Source: a bacterium
GTDB taxonomy: Bacteria; Patescibacteriota; Minisyncoccia; Moranbacterales; UBA2206
Assembly (NCBI GenBank): GCA_030654225.1
Contig: JAURXY010000031.1
Location: 1,431-65,430 of the forward strand
Length of the DNA: 64,000 bases
Reading direction: 5' to 3'
The translations under genes and the position numbers were made by a program. The notes beneath the pieces were generated by a model, which saw only the letters and a list, made by a program, of their open reading frames with translations, was not told the DNA's origin and did not search any database. Within the stretch, counting starts at the first letter, position 1. Each line of letters opens with the position of its first letter. Below are positions 57,018 through 64,000 of the stretch, in pieces.

Positions 57018-57406
57018 TATTTTTTTAATTTTGATGATTTATAAATTTCCGGCTCATACGATTTCAATCGAACTATTTTTGCATTCAAATTAAATTCTTT
57101 TAATTTATCTTTAAGTTCAACCAAATCAACTTTCTGATCATACCCCAGCGCAATCACATCCGGTCGATATTTTTCAATTATTTTATATTTATCTTTCAAA
57201 TCTCCCAACGCAACCTCATCCGCTAAACCACTCTCTTCCAAAATTTTCTTTCTTTTTTGTTCCTTGTTTCTTGTCTCTTGTTTCTTGATGCGAAGCACGT
57301 TCTTATCTCTCGCCACTACCACAATCAAATATTCCCCCAGCTTTTTTGCCTGTTCAAGATAGTTCTCGTGTCCCTTATGATACACATCAAACGTCCCAAA
57401 CGCCAT
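57017..57406 (-). CDS. cytidylyltransferase-fold protein resembling archaeal-type FAD synthase RibL
   Basis: GTFDVYHKGH ((H/T)xGH motif) and ~130-aa size. Start taken at the internal Met (MAFGTFDV); the ORF track gives 57466. Confidence 0.55.
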   Translation of the reverse strand: MAFGTFDVYHKGHENYLEQAKKLGEYLIVVVARDKNVLRIKKQETRNKEQKRKKILEESGLADEVALGDLKDKYKIIEKYRPDVIALGYDQKVDLVELKDKLKEFNLNAKIVRLKSYEPEIYKSSKLKK

Positions 57407-57462
57407 CACCTTCTTTTTTTTCTCCCTCTCCTTTATAAGGAGAGGGCTGGGGTGAGGTAGTT

Positions 57463-58101
57463 TCATTTTCGTAAATATCTAGCCGCTTTTAAAATTAAAA
57501 CGCAACTCGCTCCGTGAGTGATAGAACTATTCATCACCATTTTTATCGCCTCTTCTAATTTTATTTTAACTAATTTAATATTCTCTGTTACTTCTTGATT
57601 ATCTTCTCCAAATGATAATTTTCTCGCCAAAAACATTTTCTGTGATGATTTCACCACTGTCGTGAAAGGATTTACCAATCCTAAATCAATCCACTCCTCA
57701 GCTTCCATTCCCAATTCTTCTTTCAATTCTCTCTTAGCTGAATCTATTGGCTTTTCATTTTCATCAATCGCGCCACTAACAGTTTCAACGTCTTTCATTT
57801 CAATAGCATAGTGAAATTCTTTAGTCAGATATACAAATCCATCATCGTCCAACGGCAAAACAGCCACACCATCTACCATCCTAACTATCCCAAAAATTCC
57901 TGGTTTTCCATCCGGTCGAATAACCTGATCTTCAGTGACCTCAATCCAAGGATTTTTATATTTTTGAACCGAATTTTTAATTATAAATTGTCCATTTCGT
58001 TTTTCTGGCATATTTTTTAATAAATTTTTTACATTCCCTTGTCCACCCCATAAAATAAAGAAATATAAATTGAGATTTTGGAGCGTTAAAAATTTACTCA
58101 T
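57463..58101 (-). CDS. NUDIX hydrolase (ADP-ribose pyrophosphatase-like)
   Basis: Nudix box GAIDENEKPIDSAKRELKEELGM. Confidence 0.7.
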   Translation of the reverse strand: MSKFLTLQNLNLYFFILWGGQGNVKNLLKNMPEKRNGQFIIKNSVQKYKNPWIEVTEDQVIRPDGKPGIFGIVRMVDGVAVLPLDDDGFVYLTKEFHYAIEMKDVETVSGAIDENEKPIDSAKRELKEELGMEAEEWIDLGLVNPFTTVVKSSQKMFLARKLSFGEDNQEVTENIKLVKIKLEEAIKMVMNSSITHGASCVLILKAARYLRK

Positions 58102-58224
58102 TCTGTGCCTAAGGGGAGTTAGTAAATTTAGCGATAAAATCGAAAATTTATTTCTTTATTTTATTTGGGTGGCCTTTTTCTTTTTTGCCACTTTTCTTTT
58201 GGGAAAAGAAAAATGGCGAGGATT

Positions 58225-59670
58225 CTATTTACTCTTCATCCCCGGAAAAATTACCGTCTCGCGAACTGAACGATTCATAATAAAAGCAAAGAATCTTTCT
58301 CCCATTCCAAATCCAAAAGCTGGTGGCATGCCATACTCCAAGGCTTCTACAAAATCTTCATCCATCATTTGTGCTTCGGCATCTCCAGCTTCGCGCATTT
58401 TCATTTGTTCGAGAAATCTGTTTCTTTGATCAATCGGATCATTGAGTTCAGAAAAACCATTTCCCAATTCTGATCTTCCCGCAATTGGCTGGACACGCAA
58501 AGTTTTTTTCGGATTTTTCGGATCAATTTTGGCCAGTGGAGAAACTTCCAATGGATGTCCCACCAGAAAACAAGGTTGAATTAATTTTTGTCGAATAGTT
58601 TTTTTGTAAATCGTATCAATCATCTTTCCCTTACCATATTCTTTTTCATATTTTATTCCCAATTCATCAGCCTTCTTTTTGAGATCTTCAATCGAAACCT
58701 CTCCCGACAAATCAAGACTCGTTGCTTTTTTGAATTCTTCAAAATAATCCACTCGAGGAAAATCAACTTCCCAGTTTATTTTTTCTCCCTCATATTCTGT
58801 CTCATATCCACCCGTCACATCGAACACTATTTTTTTATACATCGCTTCAATAAATTTCATTCCTTTTTCCAAGTCCCAATAACTAACATAAAACTCAGTG
58901 TTATCAAATTCTTGCAAATGCTCTCGATCGATTCCTTCATTGCGAAAGCATCTTCCAATCTCAAAAATTTTTTCATATCCACCTACTAGAAGTCTCTTTA
59001 GCGGAAGTTCCAAAGAAATTCGTAAATAGAAATCTTGGTCGAGTGCATTATGATGAGTGATAAATGGTTCTGCGTCAGCTCCACCAGGAATATGCTCCAG
59101 AACTGGCATCTGCACCTCCAAAAATCCTTCTGCAGTCAAAAAATTTCGAATAGTTTGCCAAAAAACATTTTTCTTTTTGAAAAGTTCGCGCGTTTCCAGA
59201 TTCATCATCAAATCTAAATAACGCCTCCGCAAAAGTTCTTCATCATCTTTCAAGCCAAAATATTCCGTCGGAATCGGGCGAATGTTTTTGGAAAGCATCT
59301 TCCACTCTCGCACTTCCAGAGATTTTTCATCTTGTTTGGTTTTGAAAAGAATTCCTTTCGCCTGCACGAAATCTCCCGTCTCAACATTTTTGGCAAAAAG
59401 CTTATATGCATCATCCCCCACAATTTTCTTGTTCAAAAACAATTGAATTTTGCCACTGCCGTCTTCAATATGCGCAAAAACCACATTTCCCATCGGACGA
59501 TTAGATCTCACCCGTCCGACTAAAGTTATCTCGTCTGTTATTTCGTCGAATTTTTCTAATGCTTCCGCATTTTTCATTGTTCTTTCGCATTTTTCCGGAT
59601 AAGCCGTCATCCCAGAATTTTTTATATTCTCCAATTTCTCCAATTTAGTTTTTTGAATGTCTTCTCGCAT
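58225..59670 (-). CDS. lysS: lysyl-tRNA synthetase (class II)
   Basis: 481 aa. OB-fold N-terminus and FRNEGIDREHLQEF motif 2. Confidence 0.9.
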   Translation of the reverse strand: MREDIQKTKLEKLENIKNSGMTAYPEKCERTMKNAEALEKFDEITDEITLVGRVRSNRPMGNVVFAHIEDGSGKIQLFLNKKIVGDDAYKLFAKNVETGDFVQAKGILFKTKQDEKSLEVREWKMLSKNIRPIPTEYFGLKDDEELLRRRYLDLMMNLETRELFKKKNVFWQTIRNFLTAEGFLEVQMPVLEHIPGGADAEPFITHHNALDQDFYLRISLELPLKRLLVGGYEKIFEIGRCFRNEGIDREHLQEFDNTEFYVSYWDLEKGMKFIEAMYKKIVFDVTGGYETEYEGEKINWEVDFPRVDYFEEFKKATSLDLSGEVSIEDLKKKADELGIKYEKEYGKGKMIDTIYKKTIRQKLIQPCFLVGHPLEVSPLAKIDPKNPKKTLRVQPIAGRSELGNGFSELNDPIDQRNRFLEQMKMREAGDAEAQMMDEDFVEALEYGMPPAFGFGMGERFFAFIMNRSVRETVIFPGMKSK

Positions 59671-59772
59671 AAATATTATTATAAATTTTATATCTTGATT
59701 CTATCCTATTTCAACCAAATTTGCAACAAAAAAGCAGGCTTTTAATTTCCCGCTTTTTTAAAAATTTTATTA

Positions 59773-60228
59773 TTACTTTACATCTAGTATTTCATACTTC
59801 ATTTTCCCCACTGGAGTATCAACTTCCACTTTATCGCCTTTAGCGTGTCCCATAAAAGCCTTGCCCATTGGTGATTCGTTGGAAATTTTCATTTCACTCG
59901 GGTTAGCTTCGTTGGATCCCACGATTTGGAATTCCATTTCTGATCCATCGAATTTGACTTTGACTTTTGAACCCATTTGCACCCCGCCGGAAGTTTTGTC
60001 ATATTTCACAACTGTTGATTCTTTGAGCATAAATTCCAATTCAGCAATTCTAGCCTCATTTTCCGCTTGTTGCCGTTTAGCTTCACTATATTCAGCGTTC
60101 TCGCTCAAATCGCCTTGCTCCTTAGCTTCTTTGATTGCATTAGCAATAGATTGACGAATAGTCACTTTTCTATTCTCCAATTCATCCTTGATTTTTTTGA
60201 GACCTTCTTCGGTAATAAATTTTCCCAT
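59773..60228 (-). CDS. greA: transcription elongation factor GreA
   Basis: 151 aa. ...GDLSENAEYSEAKRQQ... coiled-coil finger. Confidence 0.85.
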   Translation of the reverse strand: MGKFITEEGLKKIKDELENRKVTIRQSIANAIKEAKEQGDLSENAEYSEAKRQQAENEARIAELEFMLKESTVVKYDKTSGGVQMGSKVKVKFDGSEMEFQIVGSNEANPSEMKISNESPMGKAFMGHAKGDKVEVDTPVGKMKYEILDVK

Positions 60229-60377
60229 AAAATATTTTATTTAAATTAAAATGACAAAACCAATTGTAGCAGAATGAGATAATATGTCAATAACAACTAT
60301 CAGCGAACAATAATCAATGATCAATGAAAAATTTGATTTTCTGATTTGTATTGTTTTTATTGTTCATTGTTCTTTGT

Positions 60378-62267
60378 TTATTGATTTTTGTTCTGACTAA
60401 AATACCAACTCAGTACTTCTTTGGCCACAGGCACCGCCCCACTACTACTTTCTCCTCCTCCTGGCACAATTACTGCTATGGCAATCTCCGGATTATCATA
60501 CGGCGCAAAAGCAACAAACCAGGAATGTGTCTTACCTTCAGTTCCAAACTGCGCTGTTCCGGTTTTTCCCGCCACTTCTACTGGCAAAGTTTTCAGATTT
60601 TGTGCCGTTCCGGAAACAACTGTCATTCGCATACCTTCTCTGATAATTTTCATCACGTCTTGCGAAATAAAATTACTATTGAGAATTTTCGGACTAACAA
60701 TTTCTTCCGTGCCATCATTTTTTTTGATGCGATTCACAATGCGTGGAGAATAGAGTGTTCCGCCATTAGCAATTGAAGCGGTATAATTAGCCAGCTGAAT
60801 TGGCGTGGCCGTCACAAAACCTTGGCCAATTGATGAATTATAGCTATCGCCGATATACCATTTTTCACCAATTTTTTCTTGCTTCCAATCTTCACTCGGG
60901 ACAAAACCAGCTGACTCTCCAGAAATATCAACACCCGTAGGACTTCCAAAGCCAAACATGTTTTCATATTTTTTCATTCTTGACATTCCTAAGCCAGAAA
61001 CATTGCCATATCCTCCACCAATCGTATAAAAAAATACGTCATTACTTTCCGCAATGGCTTGGCGAACTGCGCTCGGACCATGCGTTTTCCAGTCGCCAAA
61101 ACGAAAACTGCCAATGTGAAGTGCTCCACCCAAACCATCAATTATTGTTTCAGGATTAATGGTTTTTTCTGAAAGAGCGGCCGAGGCCACTGCCATTTTC
61201 AAAGTTGAACCAGGTGGATAAGTTCCCGAAATACATCGATTGAAAAGTGGCAAATCTTGATCGCTAATCAAATTTTTATACTCCTGGTTAGAAATTCCTT
61301 TCGCAAAAAGATTATTATCATAACTTGGCAAGTTTACCATTGCCAACACTCCGCCATTTCTTGGATCAATAGCGATGACCGCTCCGGTTTTCACGCCAGT
61401 TTTTTGCAAAATTTCATTCAAGCTATCAAAAATCTTTTTTTGCAATTCCCCATTAATGTTAAGCACCAGATCACTGCCTGACTGTGGATTGATTATCCCT
61501 AAAGTTCTTTTAGTATTTCCCAAAGAATCCACTTCCAACTGCGTCGCACCATAAACTCCCCGCAAATTTTTTTCATAACTTTTTTCCAAACCATTTTTCC
61601 CAATATAATCCGTCATCAAATAATCCGGGTTGTCCTTGAGCTCTTCTCGGGTTATTTTTCCATCATAACCAACAAACCCCGAAAAAATTTGCCCGCTGTC
61701 ATATGAACGAATGGCTGTTTTTTCCAATTTTATCCCCGGAAAATCATTTTCTCTTTCTGCCAAAATTAAAGCTTGATCACGCGCGATATTTTCTTTGAGA
61801 AGCACCGGATCTAGTGACTTAGAATCTTGACTGGCAAGCATAATTTCGATGTTGCCCGAATTCATATCCAAAATTTCGGAAAGTTTTTGCGCAATTTCTT
61901 TTTTTCGCGATTCCTCTTTCGGAAGATCAGCTGGAATCACAATCGCATCGATACTTGGCACATTGCCTGCGAGTACATTGCCATGCTTGTCATAAATTGT
62001 TCCCCTAGGTGCTTTGATAACCACTGAACGAATACGATTACCTTTGGATATTTCGTTATAATATTTTCCTTGGTACAAATTCAAATAAACTACCCGAGAG
62101 GCTAGCACAAAAATAACAAGCACTGCGAATATCCACATCAAAGAAAGTCCTCGTCTTTCAAAAGGCGATTCAATTATCGCTTCTTCTTTTTGTGTCACGG
62201 TCATAATCGAATCTTCAATTTCCGCGCCCTTTCCCATTCTTCTTTGATTGAAAAATTTTTGAAACAT
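60378..62267 (-). CDS. mrdA: penicillin-binding protein 2 (class B transpeptidase)
   Basis: 629 aa. SxxK (STLK), SxN (SND) and KTG(T) motifs. Downstream of mreCD. Confidence 0.85.
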   Translation of the reverse strand: MFQKFFNQRRMGKGAEIEDSIMTVTQKEEAIIESPFERRGLSLMWIFAVLVIFVLASRVVYLNLYQGKYYNEISKGNRIRSVVIKAPRGTIYDKHGNVLAGNVPSIDAIVIPADLPKEESRKKEIAQKLSEILDMNSGNIEIMLASQDSKSLDPVLLKENIARDQALILAERENDFPGIKLEKTAIRSYDSGQIFSGFVGYDGKITREELKDNPDYLMTDYIGKNGLEKSYEKNLRGVYGATQLEVDSLGNTKRTLGIINPQSGSDLVLNINGELQKKIFDSLNEILQKTGVKTGAVIAIDPRNGGVLAMVNLPSYDNNLFAKGISNQEYKNLISDQDLPLFNRCISGTYPPGSTLKMAVASAALSEKTINPETIIDGLGGALHIGSFRFGDWKTHGPSAVRQAIAESNDVFFYTIGGGYGNVSGLGMSRMKKYENMFGFGSPTGVDISGESAGFVPSEDWKQEKIGEKWYIGDSYNSSIGQGFVTATPIQLANYTASIANGGTLYSPRIVNRIKKNDGTEEIVSPKILNSNFISQDVMKIIREGMRMTVVSGTAQNLKTLPVEVAGKTGTAQFGTEGKTHSWFVAFAPYDNPEIAIAVIVPGGGESSSGAVPVAKEVLSWYFSQNKNQ

Positions 62268-62270
62268 AAT

Positions 62271-62777
62271 TTATTTCATCATTAGTTTGCTTTCATTGAT
62301 CCCAAAAACTCCTTTGTATCTGGCAATTAAAAAATACATAAAAATTGCCACAACCAAATTGCTAGTTATTTTCATAAGAAGTAATTTCCAGGAAAAATTC
62401 ACCAAAAAGTTTGTCAGAAAATTTGTCGAAATCCAATTCAAAATTGTTCCGCCTGTCACAAGCGTCAGAGCGATGACAAAAGCGCCAGTTCGTTGCGCGA
62501 TAAAAAATCTTTCCCTAAGAAAACTCGCCATAAAAGAAATCACCACAAAAGAAACAGCGTTTATTCCAATTTTTCCAAATATTGCCAGATCCAAAAAAAA
62601 TCCACCCCAAATAGCCCACAGCCAAATATCTTCAAATTTTTTGCGAGAAGACCACAGAATAATGAGCACCAAAACCACATCCGGCACAATGGTTCCAGCA
62701 AAAAGTGCTGGGAAAAAAGAAGTTTCCAAAATAACCGCCAGAAAAATAATTATCAATATCCTAATTTTTGATGCCAT
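62271..62777 (-). CDS. mreD: rod shape-determining protein MreD-like membrane protein
   Basis: 168 aa, 4-5 TM helices. Sits between mreC and mrdA. Confidence 0.5.
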   Translation of the reverse strand: MASKIRILIIIFLAVILETSFFPALFAGTIVPDVVLVLIILWSSRKKFEDIWLWAIWGGFFLDLAIFGKIGINAVSFVVISFMASFLRERFFIAQRTGAFVIALTLVTGGTILNWISTNFLTNFLVNFSWKLLLMKITSNLVVAIFMYFLIARYKGVFGINESKLMMK

Positions 62778-62781
62778 AAAT

Positions 62782-63624
62782 TTATCTTTCCCCTTTTATC
62801 ACAAAAACAACATTCAAATCGGAATATTTAATTTTAGGTCGAACCACGGCTTGCTGAAAAAGTTTGTCAGAAGTATTGGAAATTTGTTCTATCTTGCCTA
62901 CCAAAAGCCCTCTCGGCATCAAACCGCCTAGTCCCGAAGTTATAATATCATCTCCCACCTTTATTATATCCGTCTGCTCTACCATACCAATCATCAGCCC
63001 CAATCCATATTCACCTGTCAAAATTCCCTTAGCGGAAGTCTGAACATCGGAAGCATTGATTGAGCTAGAAGAATCTGACAAAAGAAGCACCTTGGAACTT
63101 TTGTCATAAACTTCACTTATTTTCCCCACTAAAATTCCATCATAAACAATCACGGGCATACCTTCTGCTACTCCATCTGATTTTCCTCTATCTATCATTA
63201 TCCAACTGCCCGAACCGCGCTGATCTTGGCCAATTATCAAACTACTTTCCAATTCATATTTGTCCCGAGGAGAAAGTTCAAGTTGACGCCGGAGTTCATC
63301 ATTTTCTTTTTTTTGGTCTTCAAGGCTGGCAAGTCTTGCCAGAAACTCATTATTTTCTCGAATCAATTTTTCGTTTTCTTTTTTATAATCTCCAATAGAA
63401 AACAAGACACTAGAAAAATTATGTGTGGCTTGACCGGCAAAATAGAAAGTTTTTTGAAATGGATAGGCTAAAGCGAAAAAAAATCCCCGCACTGGAGCGA
63501 AAAAGTTTTTTGGATTGATCAAAATTAGCGCCAAGCAAATTGCAATAGCTAAAATTAATTTTATCAATTTTGAAGTTAGAAGTTTTTTAGGCATAACAAT
63601 CAATGAACAATAGACAACGAACAA
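62782..63624 (-). CDS. mreC: rod shape-determining protein MreC
   Basis: 280 aa. N-terminal TM, coiled coil, and GDDIITSGLGGLMPRGLLVG C-terminal motif. Confidence 0.75.
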   Translation of the reverse strand: MFVVYCSLIVMPKKLLTSKLIKLILAIAICLALILINPKNFFAPVRGFFFALAYPFQKTFYFAGQATHNFSSVLFSIGDYKKENEKLIRENNEFLARLASLEDQKKENDELRRQLELSPRDKYELESSLIIGQDQRGSGSWIMIDRGKSDGVAEGMPVIVYDGILVGKISEVYDKSSKVLLLSDSSSSINASDVQTSAKGILTGEYGLGLMIGMVEQTDIIKVGDDIITSGLGGLMPRGLLVGKIEQISNTSDKLFQQAVVRPKIKYSDLNVVFVIKGER

Positions 63625-63673
63625 TGAACAAAAAAAATTCTATTGATTCTTGCTCATTGGTCATTGATCATTG

Positions 63674-64000
63674 TTAACGAAGTGATTTTTCGTGTTGATT
63701 TTCCACAAGAACTTCTCGCAAAGCTTCGATGTCTTCCAGAACTATCCCTGTGCCTCGCACAACGGCCGTGAGTGGGTCTTCCATCATGCGCACTGGCATT
63801 TCTGTTTGATCAGCCACCAACTTGTCCAAGCCCCGGATAAGACTGCCTCCGCCAGCCAAAATAATTCCTCTTTGCATAATATCCGAAACAAGTTCCGGTG
63901 GAGTTTCTTCAATGGCAGTTTTTATATTATTAATAATAATTCTGATTGAGCGAGAAAGTGCTTCGCGCGCTTGTTCCGCCGTTATGATTATTTCTTTTGG
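63674..64000 (-). CDS. mreB: rod shape-determining protein MreB, C-terminal part (gene continues beyond window end)
   Basis: C-terminal GIILAGGGSLIRGLDKLVADQTEMPVRMMEDPLTAVVRGTG. Confidence 0.75.
   Translation of the reverse strand, partial: PKEIIITAEQAREALSRSIRIIINNIKTAIEETPPELVSDIMQRGIILAGGGSLIRGLDKLVADQTEMPVRMMEDPLTAVVRGTGIVLEDIEALREVLVENQHEKSLR

Overview
Low-GC (~35%) bacterial contig with almost all genes on the minus strand. Short genes, minimal pathways and a 16S rRNA carrying insertions suggest a CPR/Patescibacteria-like organism (inference). Three blocks are visible. (1) 1-17.4 kb is housekeeping. It holds a cell-wall (dcw) cluster fragment (murB', murC, murG, ftsW) interrupted by a P-type ATPase, an IS200/RAYT-like HUH transposase gene containing a perfect 52-bp palindrome, and a 617-aa tandem-repeat protein. 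It also holds KH-protein/trmD, GT2, CBS, Nudix, a TerC-like membrane protein, a P-loop kinase and a class II Fic AMPylase. (2) ~17.5-47.98 kb is a ~30 kb mobile/defence island bracketed by two diverged copies of the 16S rRNA 3' trailer that share an identical 22-nt core (last nt of 16S). It contains AbiEi/AbiEii, four tyrosine integrases, an OLD-family ATPase-Toprim nuclease with a small PD-(D/E)xK protein and a LexA/CI-like repressor, a Cas4-like pseudogene with an in-frame TAG, a Type III R-M (mod/res), a Pif1-like helicase + membrane protein + Hjc-like nuclease triad, and a ~12 kb phage/satellite-like module (terminase large subunit, ParB-like nuclease, Dam-like MTase, HNH-like, PrimPol-helicase, replication initiator) flanked by ~45-bp direct repeats. 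(3) 47.97-49.75 kb is a 16S rRNA gene (minus strand, ~1.78 kb) with two near-identical ~154-nt insertions in V1 and V3. The 16S is not followed by tRNA or 23S. Beyond it lie a GH1 beta-glucosidase, maf, serS, an HD protein, a RibL-like FAD synthase, Nudix, lysS, greA and mrdA-mreD-mreC-mreB'. No CRISPR array and no tRNA gene were found.
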